DNA of 63,777 nt, counting the filler. It is 8 parts of 8 records of this genome, joined end to end, with 100 filler letters (N's around TTAATTAATTAA, not from the genome) between each part and the next. Parts side by side here need not be neighbours in the genome. Positions count along the whole stretch, not along the records: positions 19,488 to 33,920 come from SRR31156797_4859; 7 more parts are not named here. One strand, 5' to 3'. Below the pieces are notes generated by a model. That model worked only from the letters and a program-made list of their open reading frames with translations, had not been told where the DNA came from and made no database searches. Numbering within the stretch: the stretch's first letter is position 1; each line of letters begins with the position of its first letter. This document shows positions 21,435 to 32,542 of this stretch, piece by piece. The position numbers were made by a program, and so were the translations under genes.

Positions 21435-24377
21435 TTAAAAATCAAGGCCAACACTTAATGAAAAGATTCTCGGACGAGGATAGAACGATCGATCCACCCC
21501 ATCAGCTAATTCCGGATCAACACCTGAGTACTTGGTAATGGTAAATACATTTTGAACCATGGCTGAAACATTCAGGTTAAACATATTCGATATTCTTCCA
21601 AAATTGTAGCTCAGATTAAGATTATCCATTTTTAAGAATGATGCATTCTCAACGTAATAATCGGACAGGTACTGACGACTTTGGAAACCAGTTTCTAAAT
21701 AACTTTTATGCAAATTATTCAATTGATAAGCATTGTATGACATCGTTCCGAAAGCTCCGGCATTCATCGCCATTCCGTTATACACGTAGTTGTTGATGTA
21801 AGAACGCAGGCTGGTGGTTAAAGTCCATTCTTTATAGCGAACCGATGTGCTGAATCCAAAAATATAATCCGGAGACGGTGAATGATAACGATATAAATCG
21901 GCTGAATTAATTTCGCCATCATCATTTACATCGGCATAAGCGCCTTCAATAGGTTTTCCGGATTCATCATATAACTGATGATACACGTAAAACATGTAAG
22001 GAGAATAGCCTTCAGTTAACACCTGAAAATAATAACTATCGATGGTTGGACCAGCCGGTGTATTGGTAATCTCAGTTCCCGGTATGATAGACAGGTTTTT
22101 AATAGTTTGCTGTTGCCATGTGGCATTAAAACTAAAATCCCAGGTCCAGTCAGTATTATCAATTGGAGTGGCACTTAATGAAACCTCAACGCCTTCACTA
22201 TCCACATTTCCCACATTGGTCAGAATTTGCTTATCGAAGTTTGTTCCGGCAGGAGATGGGACAGTCGCTAACAAATCCTGCGTTTTCCGGGTGTAATATT
22301 CAACTGAACCGGATAAACGGTTATTGAAAAATCCGAAATCCATACCGTAGTTATAGGCTTCTGTTGATTCCCATTTTAAGTCAGACACATATGCCTCTGG
22401 ACGATATGTATTAATTGGCGTATCGCCAAAAATGTATTGAGCACCTTCCTGGCTAATGGTATAAACCGGCAGATAATTGTAGTTGCCAATACCTTCCTGC
22501 TGTCCTGTTATACCAAAACTAGCTCTAAGCTTTAAATTAGATAATACATCCAATGATGCTAAAAATGGCTCCTCTGACAATCGCCAGGCCAATGCTACCG
22601 ATGGAAAAGTTCCCCAGCGGTTATCACTTCCAAATCTGGATGTTCCATCCTGACGAACCGTTGCCGTTACCATATATCGTGATAACAAACTATAATTCAA
22701 TCTACCGTAATAAGAAAGCAAAGTATGCCGTTGGTCATCCGCAGCAACAGATCCTTGAGATTCTCCTAACTGATTAAAATTATCATATGCTGCAGTTGTG
22801 CTCTTCCAATATTGATAATCATAACCCATTGTTACATCCACGCTACTGTTGATGCTTCCCAGTTCCTTTTTATAGTTTAGGTAAGTGGTTAATAATCTGT
22901 TCTCTTTTTTCTGGGGACCATAAGTATAATTACGACCTCCAGTTAAGTAATATTGTGCTGCTGTGGTTGGTACCTTAATAGTTCCTTCGCCTTCTGCATA
23001 ATCATAACCTAAAGTAGAATGAAATCTTAATTCCGGCAGATAGTGAAGTTTATAGTCCATATCCAGATTACCAATGACACGATTCACCGTGCTTTTTGAT
23101 GAATATTGCTCCAATATACCCAGTGGATTTAATACTGCCGAGGTTACCGGTTTTCCTTCACCATCAATGGCTTCGGTATAACCTCCAAATTCACTGGAAC
23201 CGGAATAAACCGGAATAGTTGGGTTATAAGTAGTGGCTCCCCAAATAGCACTGGTATTCGCAAATTGGTTTTTATTAAACGAACCTTTTACACCTGCACT
23301 TACTTTTAAATGATCTTGAAAAAATGACGGTGAGACAGTTAAATTTGTGGTAGCTCTTTGCGCATTATCAGTTTTTAATATTCCATCCTGATTAAAATAC
23401 CCTGCTGAAAAACGGAAAGGAATATCTTTATATGCTCCGGATACACTTAAATTATTATCTGTTCCTAAAGCCAATTGGAACACCTCATCATTCCAGTTGG
23501 TATTCGAAGTTCCTAATAAAGCCTTTTGCTCATCGCTCCCTTCCGCAGTTACCACATCTCTAAACTGTTGTGTTGATAGCATATCAGCCAGCTTTGTTTT
23601 TACCTGAATAGAATTGGTAGAATTCACGTTTATCTTGATTCTATCTTTAGATCCTTTTTTTGTGGTAATGATGATTACCCCGTTTGAAGCACGAGAACCA
23701 TAGATAGCGGTTGACGAAGCATCTTTTAAAACAGTCATGCTTTCTATATCGTTCGGGTTGATCAAACTTAAAAAGTTATTGCTGTTTCCACTGATACCAC
23801 CAGCTTCAAGAGGTACACCGTCCAATACGATTAATGGATCGTTACTGGCATTTAAAGAAGCACCTCCACGAATACGGATAGTACTACCAGAAGATGGCGA
23901 ACCACTTCCACTTGTAATCTGAACCCCGGATACTTTTCCGTTAATAAGCTGAGCCGGTGAACTGATATTTCCCTGGTTAAAATCCTTGGCTGAAACGTTG
24001 GCTACTGATCCGGTTAAATCCCCTTTCTTTTGTTCTCCATATCCAACTACTACCACTTCATCCATTCCAATGATATCCGGCTGCAGTGAAACATTTAATT
24101 TGGTATTTGCTCCTATTGCGACTTCTTGCGATTCGAAACCAATAAAAGAAAATACGATCATATCATCGCTTTTGGCCTGGATGGAAAAGCTACCATCAAC
24201 CATGGTAATGCTTCCTATTTGCGTTCCTTTAATAAGTACTGTTACTCCAGGAATAGGCTCTCCCGTACTGGCATCTACAACTGTTCCGGTCACTTGCTTT
24301 TCCTGGGCAAACAACCCCAGACCAAGGCCTAAAAACAGAAATATTGAAGCCAAACGTATTTTAAAACTATTCTCCAT
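21435..24377 (-). CDS. susC: SusC/RagA TonB-dependent transporter
   Basis: VVVGYG, DASSTAIYGSRASNGVIIITTKKG, YPRPR, terminal Phe. Confidence 0.97.
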   Translation of the reverse strand: MENSFKIRLASIFLFLGLGLGLFAQEKQVTGTVVDASTGEPIPGVTVLIKGTQIGSITMVDGSFSIQAKSDDMIVFSFIGFESQEVAIGANTKLNVSLQPDIIGMDEVVVVGYGEQKKGDLTGSVANVSAKDFNQGNISSPAQLINGKVSGVQITSGSGSPSSGSTIRIRGGASLNASNDPLIVLDGVPLEAGGISGNSNNFLSLINPNDIESMTVLKDASSTAIYGSRASNGVIIITTKKGSKDRIKINVNSTNSIQVKTKLADMLSTQQFRDVVTAEGSDEQKALLGTSNTNWNDEVFQLALGTDNNLSVSGAYKDIPFRFSAGYFNQDGILKTDNAQRATTNLTVSPSFFQDHLKVSAGVKGSFNKNQFANTSAIWGATTYNPTIPVYSGSSEFGGYTEAIDGEGKPVTSAVLNPLGILEQYSSKSTVNRVIGNLDMDYKLHYLPELRFHSTLGYDYAEGEGTIKVPTTAAQYYLTGGRNYTYGPQKKENRLLTTYLNYKKELGSINSSVDVTMGYDYQYWKSTTAAYDNFNQLGESQGSVAADDQRHTLLSYYGRLNYSLLSRYMVTATVRQDGTSRFGSDNRWGTFPSVALAWRLSEEPFLASLDVLSNLKLRASFGITGQQEGIGNYNYLPVYTISQEGAQYIFGDTPINTYRPEAYVSDLKWESTEAYNYGMDFGFFNNRLSGSVEYYTRKTQDLLATVPSPAGTNFDKQILTNVGNVDSEGVEVSLSATPIDNTDWTWDFSFNATWQQQTIKNLSIIPGTEITNTPAGPTIDSYYFQVLTEGYSPYMFYVYHQLYDESGKPIEGAYADVNDDGEINSADLYRYHSPSPDYIFGFSTSVRYKEWTLTTSLRSYINNYVYNGMAMNAGAFGTMSYNAYQLNNLHKSYLETGFQSRQYLSDYYVENASFLKMDNLNLSYNFGRISNMFNLNVSAMVQNVFTITKYSGVDPELADGVDRSFYPRPRIFSLSVGLDF

Positions 24378-24596
24378 GTTTTTATTTCTTAAATAATTAA
24401 ACTTTAAATAATTACCTAACAGGTATTTCCTGTTAATCGAGTCTCTCTGATTTTATAGTTTGTAAAAAGTAAGGGCACATTTATAGCACCCATTGTTTCA
24501 TTGTAAATGGTGTTTCTTTCATAGCTGATTTATTTTAAATATTTAGATTTTTTTATCAGAAAGGACTTGCATGCATAAAATCCTTTCCTCATTATT

Positions 24597-26966
24597 TTAT
24601 TGAACACTTATTTCTAAAACGCCATCTTCCAAACCATTAGAAGTAGCTGTAAGATTTATTTTCCCTGAAATATCTCCTGCTTTTAATAATACTGTCGCAA
24701 TACCTGCTTCCGCATTCATTGAGTTGGTACCTATTATTTCGGCATCGCCATTTATGTTAAAACTGATATTGTTTTTAGCCAAAGGCAAAATGGTACCTTG
24801 GGCGTCCACAACAGCCGCATAAGCAAACACCAGATCATTACAACCACTTTGCAAAGGCTTGCCACTTTCATCAATCCAGACTTTTATAGCTTTTGCCTCC
24901 AATGGTGTTTTCTGTGCAGTAGAACAAACCTCTTTACCATTTACATATCCTTTGGCAACTAACTCTCCTGGTGTAAATGCAGACAATTGAAAGGTAAAAG
25001 GTGGGTTTACTAAGTGGGTGCTGTTTACATCCTGATCCGGCTTTTGTTTTCCCATACTTTCTCCATTTACCCACAATTCCACCTCATCGCAGTTACTGTA
25101 AATTTTTACCTGTAAAAATGAAGGGTCATTGTAATAGTTTGTAATAGCAATCATGGGTTTAGCAAAATCTTCGAGCGAAGACTCGCCAATAACAGCCTGA
25201 CTTTTATAAAAATAATATGCAAACTTTGGCAAGCGGAAAATATCCATAATTCCGGAAGCCTCGATATCCGGTGCATAACCGCGGTTGTAATCAAACATTA
25301 ACCAGTTGGCATCGCCTATGGCATTTCCTTGTAAATTGCTGTTATGCGCTTCCTGATAATTCAGAGCCTGTTGTGCTAAACGCTTTTGCCCGTGAGCTCT
25401 TAGTTGACGCGAATTACGTTCTTCATCCGACAGATCCTGATAAGCCTTTTGGTTAAAACCTGCATTCTGCGCATAGTATTCCCAATCGCCATATTCGGCA
25501 ATAAACAAAGGTTTATCTTTTTGGTATTGATTCCAGTAATGCAGTGGTTTTGCATGCTGTCTGGCCGGAATAAACACATCGTATACCTCATCCAACCAAC
25601 CACAAGTATATACATTGAAACCCGGATATTCCTTGTGGACAATGTCATGCGCTTTCTGCATAAAATCATGGCTCATGCCTGATTCATTTAATGAAGCTTC
25701 CCACAATATAATCGATGGGTGATTACGATCTACCCGAACCATTTTTCGAATATCGTTGTAAGCATTTTCCTGAAACTCCTGATCACCAAAGAACTGCCAG
25801 CCCGGAATGGCATCCATCACTAAAATACCCAACTCATCACAAGCATTTAAAAACGATTGGCTTTGCGGATAATGCGACAAGCGAACCATATTAAAACCTG
25901 CATTCTTAATTTTCCAGGCATCGCGATAATGAGCATTATCAGAAATAGCATAACCCACATATGGATATTCCTGATGTCTATTGGTTCCTCTTAGTTTTAA
26001 TGGTTTTCCGTTTATAACAAATCCATCTTTTGCAGAGATACTAAACGTACGAATACCAACTTTTATAGATTGACTATCTATAACTTTTCCATTAGATTTC
26101 ACCTCCGCAATAAGCGTGTACAAATGCGGAGAATTCGGAGACCAAAGTTTGGGATTCTTCACCTCAAACGCTGTTGAAATTACTTTTGTACTTTTTGAGT
26201 CAATCGAATTTAATTCAGAATTGACACTTGCTATTTGCTGATCCTTATCTTTAAGCTGTACACTTAATTCTACTTCTTCATCAGTAGCTCTGTCGTTTTT
26301 AACATCGACCTGAACATGAACCTTTGATGAAGATTCACTCACATGGCTACAGCGTACAAATATGCCACCTGCTGCCTCATGAATTACCTCCACTTCGTTG
26401 CTAATATGCAATGGATCTTTAATATCTAACCAAACATTTCGGTAAATTCCGCTATAAATATTAAAGTCCAACACATCCAATGCTTTACCCGGAGGAACCT
26501 GAGGATTATCCTCATTATTTAGCTTGACGATAAGGCTGTTCTTCTGGCTAAATTTTACATGCTTAGAAATATCAACATAAAAAGGAAGATAACCACCCAG
26601 ATTTTTATGCAGCAATTGCCCGTTTAAATAAACTTCGGCCACTTGCATAGCACCTTCAAAGTACAATCCAAGATGCTTTCCTTCAAAACAGTCATCAACA
26701 TTAAAAAATTTACGATACACACAGACTCCCTGCCATTGATCCCCTTTAATAACAAGCGGTTCAATATTAGCGGTGTGCGGGATGGTAACAGATTCCCAAT
26801 TCATATCTGACAGGTTGACTTCATCTGCCGATAACTGAACATCTTTGACAAAATCCCATCCTTTATTAAAAGAGTTTCTTCCCTCAATATAATCTTCCAA
26901 TCCATCAGGAGAACATGAGTATAAAACTCCAAGTAGTAGAACCAAACCAACTCTTAAGTTCATCAT
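24597..26966 (-). CDS. GH2 beta-galactosidase lipoprotein
   Basis: LRGTNRHQ, VRLSHYP, RNHPSIILW..LNE, GIMDIFRLPK; start moved to MMNLR...LYSC signal. Confidence 0.9.
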   Translation of the reverse strand: MMNLRVGLVLLLGVLYSCSPDGLEDYIEGRNSFNKGWDFVKDVQLSADEVNLSDMNWESVTIPHTANIEPLVIKGDQWQGVCVYRKFFNVDDCFEGKHLGLYFEGAMQVAEVYLNGQLLHKNLGGYLPFYVDISKHVKFSQKNSLIVKLNNEDNPQVPPGKALDVLDFNIYSGIYRNVWLDIKDPLHISNEVEVIHEAAGGIFVRCSHVSESSSKVHVQVDVKNDRATDEEVELSVQLKDKDQQIASVNSELNSIDSKSTKVISTAFEVKNPKLWSPNSPHLYTLIAEVKSNGKVIDSQSIKVGIRTFSISAKDGFVINGKPLKLRGTNRHQEYPYVGYAISDNAHYRDAWKIKNAGFNMVRLSHYPQSQSFLNACDELGILVMDAIPGWQFFGDQEFQENAYNDIRKMVRVDRNHPSIILWEASLNESGMSHDFMQKAHDIVHKEYPGFNVYTCGWLDEVYDVFIPARQHAKPLHYWNQYQKDKPLFIAEYGDWEYYAQNAGFNQKAYQDLSDEERNSRQLRAHGQKRLAQQALNYQEAHNSNLQGNAIGDANWLMFDYNRGYAPDIEASGIMDIFRLPKFAYYFYKSQAVIGESSLEDFAKPMIAITNYYNDPSFLQVKIYSNCDEVELWVNGESMGKQKPDQDVNSTHLVNPPFTFQLSAFTPGELVAKGYVNGKEVCSTAQKTPLEAKAIKVWIDESGKPLQSGCNDLVFAYAAVVDAQGTILPLAKNNISFNINGDAEIIGTNSMNAEAGIATVLLKAGDISGKINLTATSNGLEDGVLEISVQ

Positions 26967-26991
26967 CTTTAATAGTACAGTATGCATGCTG

Positions 26992-28197
26992 TTATTTGGC
27001 TTTAGTATAATCATGTGATATATATTGAATAGCAGCAGTCGCATTTCCTCCAGCATCAAACAAAGTAGCATTATCCCAACCTGAACCCTGCGACCATAAA
27101 TCTTTCATATCCGATGCAATCCAGGCAGGTTCCCAATACATCACGCCTTTTGCGCCGGCATCTATCATGTTTTGCGTAAGATCTGTTAAGAAAGCTTGCT
27201 GACCCTCAATAGAAATAGGGTAACCATCTATGGCACTATCTTCTCCAAAAATATTTGAGTAGTTATCTGCATTTTCTAAAGTGTAAGGGTATGCTGTTTC
27301 CAGAATCATAACTTCTTTCTGAATATCTGCTTTTAGTTTGGCAACCACTTTCGGTAAGTCCTGAAATGACACTTCGGTGTGCCAGTGTGGATAGTAAGAA
27401 AAGCCAGCCACATCAAAATCGGTAACGCCTGCTTTTTCAATAATCCCTTTAAACCACCAATCCAGATTTTTAGGATCGGCCACATGCAAAGCAATGACGG
27501 TAGTTTTCCCTGCTTTTTCATCAATGTCTCTAATCGCTTTTATTCCGGCATTGAGTACTTTACCAAAATTCTCCCAATTTTCATCACAGATAGATAGTTT
27601 AGGAAAAGCATCATTGGCTTCGTGCAACATCATACCGCAATTGGTTTCGTTGCCTATTTGCACCATTTCAGGCAAAAGACCTGCCTGTAATAGTTGATCC
27701 ATCACCTGATATGTATAGTGATAAACAGAATCGCTTAGCACCTGAATATCTGTAATTTCTTTCCATGCTGCAGGTACTTTTTGATGTTCCGGATCAGCCC
27801 ACACATCTGAATAATGAAAATCGAGGTTTACAGCCATTCCTTGCTCATGAGCTCTTTGAATGGATTTTTTCACATCATTAAAACCACTATATAAAGTAGC
27901 ATCCTCGCCATATACTTCATAAGTCCAGGATGGATTATTCCAAATTCTTAAGCGAACTACATTAGCACCGTTATCTTTAAAAATTTGAAATGCATCTTTA
28001 AGCTCGTTATCCTCTTTAAATACGCCTCCATGATCTTCTACCTGGTTCACGTAAGAAAGATCAACGCCCATAACAAACTTATCTAACAAATGAACTTCCT
28101 GATTATTCTCCTTTTTGCCGGTTTGAGTTGAACAAGCCTGATTAAATATTATCAGTGCTATTAAACTTAGACCAAGAAAGATTTTTCTAATACACAT
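26992..28197 (-). CDS. GH53 endo-beta-1,4-galactanase lipoprotein
   Basis: GVDLSY, VRLRIW, DFHYSDVWADP, VQIGNE (acid/base), ETAYP (nucleophile), YWEPAWI. Confidence 0.95.
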   Translation of the reverse strand: MCIRKIFLGLSLIALIIFNQACSTQTGKKENNQEVHLLDKFVMGVDLSYVNQVEDHGGVFKEDNELKDAFQIFKDNGANVVRLRIWNNPSWTYEVYGEDATLYSGFNDVKKSIQRAHEQGMAVNLDFHYSDVWADPEHQKVPAAWKEITDIQVLSDSVYHYTYQVMDQLLQAGLLPEMVQIGNETNCGMMLHEANDAFPKLSICDENWENFGKVLNAGIKAIRDIDEKAGKTTVIALHVADPKNLDWWFKGIIEKAGVTDFDVAGFSYYPHWHTEVSFQDLPKVVAKLKADIQKEVMILETAYPYTLENADNYSNIFGEDSAIDGYPISIEGQQAFLTDLTQNMIDAGAKGVMYWEPAWIASDMKDLWSQGSGWDNATLFDAGGNATAAIQYISHDYTKAK

Positions 28198-28238
28198 ACA
28201 ATTATTTTAACTTATCATTGAATCTTAATAAACTCAAT

Positions 28239-28391
28239 CAAAAGTAAACAAGTGTTAAAAAGGAGGCTTTTTGCTTTCTTACCAATCCTTGTTCAAATCA
28301 TACATTTTCGAAAGAAGAATGCTGTATCGTAGATTTTACAATGGATTTAGGACTTGTTTAAATCTTACCATTGTTGTTTAATTACTTACAT
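28239..28391 (-). promoter_or_regulatory. Bacteroidota -7 box and two candidate HTCS operator sites
   Basis: TACTTTTG (minus strand, 28239-28246); TCTTACCA-N13-TCATACAT (28277-28305) and TCTTACCA-N13-ACTTACAT (28363-28391), 21-bp period. Confidence 0.6.
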
Positions 28392-28473
28392 CAAACCGTG
28401 ACTTAACAAATTTTCAATATCTTTATTTTGTCTGTTGATTTTGTTGTCATCATATTGAAGGAGTTATAAAAAC

Positions 28474-31400
28474 ATGGAAAACCACATTTATCTAAAAACT
28501 ACATTCAGGCAGTATCTGTATGTTTTTATTCTATGTTTTGCCATAACATACCCTCAAAGTATCTCAGCTAAAAATTCATCTTCATTATACTTCACAAAGC
28601 TTAGTCAGGAGGAAGGACTTCCCTCTAACATGACCAACTCTGTGGTACAGGATAAAATGGGATTTATATGGATTGGAACCGGAGATGGTATATGCCGGTA
28701 CGATGGATATAATACGCTTATTTTCAAACACGAATCTTCTCTTCAATCTCTGCCATCTGACAATATCAGCACCATAATGCTGGAAGGAGATACTTTGTGG
28801 GTTGGAACATGGGATGGTTTATGTTTTATGGATACCAAATCTTTTGCTATTAAACGTTTAAACCTGGGGGCTAATCAAAGTATCCGCTGTTTATACAAAA
28901 GTAAGGATGGTCATATATGGATTGGAACTTCAAAAGGATTAATCAGATACAATAAAGGCTTAAATACCTATCAGTTTTTCGATGCCAACAACAGTGGTAT
29001 TAGTCATGCCACAATTCGTTGCTTTTATCAAACACCGGACAGCACACTTTGGATTGGCACCTACGATAAATTAAATAGCTATAAAAATGGAAAATTCACC
29101 GCATATGATTTAAAAGGAGATTATAAACCTTATTTAAAGAATAATCTGATTTTAGATATTACTCCTTATAAAGGGCATAGTGACCAATTACTTGTTGGAA
29201 CAGAAACCGGTTTGGCTGTTTTTAATATGCAAAATGGAAGATCTGAATTATATAATAGCGCCAATACTGAGTTAAGCAATGAAGTAATAAAGTGTATTCA
29301 TCAGGAAGGAAGTGCGTTGTGGCTAGGTACAGATTTTGGACTGTCGGTTTTTACTCCTGACAAAAATCTAACTGAAACCTATTTTCATAATCCGATTATC
29401 AATCATAGTATTGCCAATAATGTGATTTGGGATATTTTTCAGGACAGAGATGGCGTACTTTATCTACTGACTTCAAATGGCATCAGTTTAATTCAGAAAG
29501 AAAGTGAGTATTTCAAACTTCACGAAGAATTTTATACAGTAGGCAATCAAAAAGCCGGAAACCAGATACGGGATATATTGGTGGCCAATGATGGCACCTT
29601 GTATTTAGCCACAATACATGGCATAATAGCTAAGCATGAACAAAGCAATTCTAAAAACTATTTTACTGCTTCTTCAAATGAAAAACAAAAAATATTACTG
29701 GATAATGCCTATGCATTGGCTGAAGACAGCAAAGGTCGTATCTGGATAGGAACGGCAGGTGGAATAAACATTTGGGAGCCCGATAAACAAAAAATGCATT
29801 CCATTAGTGCCAATCGAAATAATGGACTGGGATCTAATTACATTAGTAGTATTGCAGTAACTCCGAAAGGTAATATTTGGGTGAGTGCCTGGGAAGGTGG
29901 AATATACAAGCTGGAAGATTTTAACCTGCCAATTGATCAGTATCGCTTTATAAAAATTGATGATAATACGCCTGATAATATAGAGGTTAGCAATGAAGAC
30001 ATATACTATTTGTATTCAAATAAAATATGGGTAATCAACCACGAAAACCTGAGTACACAATTGGTAGATCCTATTGCAAAGCAAACAAGCTCTCATACAA
30101 TTCAATGTATGAGTATCGATCATTTGGGTAATGTTTGGATGGTGAGCAATAAGCAATTGTTAGAGTATATTCCCCAAAGTAAGATTTTTACAAGCTACCC
30201 TCTAAAAAATGCACTTACAGATGAAATCATTAGCATCGAAACTTCGCCCAAATATATATGGATGGCCTCACGAAATACTGTCATTCAATACGAATTAACT
30301 AAAGATGCACTTACCTATATTCCTCTAAACCCCAATTATCCCTTAAAGAATTTTTATGCCAATTGCAGCACTATTTCTACAACAGGAAAGGTATATTTTG
30401 GAGGAGATAACGGGTACATTGAAGCCATCGCATCTAAAGGAAATTTTCCGGTTTCTCAACCTCATCCTGTTATTTCAGGAATAAGTATTAATAACCAATT
30501 GATTAATCAGCAAAACAGACAAGCATATCTGAATGAAGATATTGCCTATAGCTCCAATCTCGAATTATCCTATACACACAATTCGGTGAGTTTCTATTTC
30601 TCCGGATTAAATTATTGGTTACCGGAAAAAGGGCATTTTCGTTATCGTCTTATTAATTTTAATGATGAGTGGATGAATACGCAAGATGTAAATTTTGTAT
30701 CCTTCTCTAATTTAAAACCAGGATATTATACGCTGGAAGTAGAAGCGATTAATTATGCCGGTGTTAAAAGCAATAAGGCTACGCAACTACATATTACTAT
30801 TCTGCCGCCGTTGCTTCTAAGCAAACCCTTTCTTGGTCTTTATATCCTAATTTTTATTAGCCTGATATACGTCATTTTCCGTGTGTATAATAAAAGACAA
30901 AAACTGAACACTCAGTTGCGTTTAGCTCATCTTGAGAAAACACACTCCGAAGAAATTTTAAATACCAAACAACAATTTTTCACCAACATTTCGCACGAGT
31001 TCAGAACGCCATTAAGTTTAATTACACCTCCTATACAACAGGTGATCAACACTGGTGTTTTAAAGGGTAAGAACCTTGAAATGTTGAAGCTGGCAGAAAA
31101 GAATTCCAAACGCCTGCTCAAATTAGTTAATCAAATACTGGACTTTAGAAAACTCGAAGATCAGAGTATTCCATTAATTAAAACGGAAGTCGATCTTATC
31201 CCTTTTTGTCGGGATATATTTGAATCATTCAGAGATATGGCTTCCCGAAATGAGGTACAATATGAATTTAAAACTGAAATAGATTCCATCATTACCAATC
31301 TGGATAAGGAAAAAATTGAAGCCGTTTTATACAACCTGCTGGGCAATGCTTTTAAATATACGCCAGCAGAAGGTGCAATTACAATCCTTATTCAAAAACC

Positions 31401-32478
31401 TGATCATGGGCAAGTTAAAATTTCGGTTAGTGACACAGGTCCCGGAATTTCGAAAAATGAGGTTAGCAAGATATTTGAACGTTTTTATCAGGTTAATCAA
31501 TCTGAGCCAAATACCTATGGAACAGGTATTGGTTTAGCCATGGCTCAGCAGTACAGCTTATTGCACAATGGAAATATAAGTGTAGAAAGCTCTCCTGGTA
31601 AAGGCAGTACTTTTACTTTAAGCCTTCCGGTTGAAGTGCTTTCCGGTTCAGTGCAAATAAAACAAAATTCCCTTTCTACTTCAAATCATATTGAGCAAAG
31701 TAAATTAACTGAGAAGACAAGTGTTCAACTTCCAACATTATTAGCCGTTGATGATAATCCGGATATTCTGGATTATATAGAAATGAATCTGAGTGATCAA
31801 TTTACAATTCAAAAAGCTATAAATGGAAGTGCCGGCTTTGAATTAGCTCTAAAAACAAAACCTGATATTATTGTTTCTGATATAATGATGCCGGTGATGG
31901 ATGGGATTGAAATGTGCCAGAAAATTAAAAGCGAAACAGAATTACAAAGAATTCCGGTTATACTTTTAACAGCCAAATCTCTGGATGTTCAGAAAACAGA
32001 AGGCATAGAAAGCGGTGCCAATATGTACATTACCAAGCCTTTTAATATTAGTTATTTAAAAGCTTGTATCAACCGCTTATTAAAAAGCGAGGAACAATTG
32101 TATTCTTTTATTCGCAAGGAATTACTGGTTTCACCAAACAAAGCTGTTGACCCGGAAAATAATCAGGATGAACTATTCATAAAAAAGATGATGGAAATTA
32201 TTGAGCAAAACCTGAGTAATTCTGAATTATCGGTTGATATGATTAGTAGTAAAATGGGATATAGCTCAACGCACGTCTATCGTAAGGTAAAATCTATCAC
32301 CAATCAGTCTACCAAGGATATTCTAAAGAACTACCGTTTAAAAAAGGCTGCCGAAATGATTAAGAATAACGAGGGTAATGTTACCGAAGTAATGTACAAT
32401 GTAGGTTTCAATAGCTTATCCAGCTTTTCTAAGAGTTTTAAAACTATGTATGGGGTATCGCCAAGCGAGTATAAATAA
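28474..32478 (+). CDS. Hybrid two-component system (beta-propeller sensor, HisKA, HATPase, REC, AraC)
   Basis: WIGT repeats, FFTNISHEFRTPL, GTGIGL, SDIMMPVMDG, AraC tail VGFNSLSSFSKSFKTMYGVSPSEY. Confidence 0.96.
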   Translation: MENHIYLKTTFRQYLYVFILCFAITYPQSISAKNSSSLYFTKLSQEEGLPSNMTNSVVQDKMGFIWIGTGDGICRYDGYNTLIFKHESSLQSLPSDNISTIMLEGDTLWVGTWDGLCFMDTKSFAIKRLNLGANQSIRCLYKSKDGHIWIGTSKGLIRYNKGLNTYQFFDANNSGISHATIRCFYQTPDSTLWIGTYDKLNSYKNGKFTAYDLKGDYKPYLKNNLILDITPYKGHSDQLLVGTETGLAVFNMQNGRSELYNSANTELSNEVIKCIHQEGSALWLGTDFGLSVFTPDKNLTETYFHNPIINHSIANNVIWDIFQDRDGVLYLLTSNGISLIQKESEYFKLHEEFYTVGNQKAGNQIRDILVANDGTLYLATIHGIIAKHEQSNSKNYFTASSNEKQKILLDNAYALAEDSKGRIWIGTAGGINIWEPDKQKMHSISANRNNGLGSNYISSIAVTPKGNIWVSAWEGGIYKLEDFNLPIDQYRFIKIDDNTPDNIEVSNEDIYYLYSNKIWVINHENLSTQLVDPIAKQTSSHTIQCMSIDHLGNVWMVSNKQLLEYIPQSKIFTSYPLKNALTDEIISIETSPKYIWMASRNTVIQYELTKDALTYIPLNPNYPLKNFYANCSTISTTGKVYFGGDNGYIEAIASKGNFPVSQPHPVISGISINNQLINQQNRQAYLNEDIAYSSNLELSYTHNSVSFYFSGLNYWLPEKGHFRYRLINFNDEWMNTQDVNFVSFSNLKPGYYTLEVEAINYAGVKSNKATQLHITILPPLLLSKPFLGLYILIFISLIYVIFRVYNKRQKLNTQLRLAHLEKTHSEEILNTKQQFFTNISHEFRTPLSLITPPIQQVINTGVLKGKNLEMLKLAEKNSKRLLKLVNQILDFRKLEDQSIPLIKTEVDLIPFCRDIFESFRDMASRNEVQYEFKTEIDSIITNLDKEKIEAVLYNLLGNAFKYTPAEGAITILIQKPDHGQVKISVSDTGPGISKNEVSKIFERFYQVNQSEPNTYGTGIGLAMAQQYSLLHNGNISVESSPGKGSTFTLSLPVEVLSGSVQIKQNSLSTSNHIEQSKLTEKTSVQLPTLLAVDDNPDILDYIEMNLSDQFTIQKAINGSAGFELALKTKPDIIVSDIMMPVMDGIEMCQKIKSETELQRIPVILLTAKSLDVQKTEGIESGANMYITKPFNISYLKACINRLLKSEEQLYSFIRKELLVSPNKAVDPENNQDELFIKKMMEIIEQNLSNSELSVDMISSKMGYSSTHVYRKVKSITNQSTKDILKNYRLKKAAEMIKNNEGNVTEVMYNVGFNSLSSFSKSFKTMYGVSPSEYK

Positions 32479-32510
32479 AAAATGCAGCCGAAACGTTTTC
32501 CGACTGCATT
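32475..32510 (-). terminator. Intrinsic terminator between convergent genes
   Basis: Minus strand AATGCAGTCGGAA-loop-TTTCGGCTGCATT followed by a T-run. Confidence 0.65.
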
Positions 32511-32542
32511 GAATTGAGTTGAATATGAAAAGTGTAAATTTT

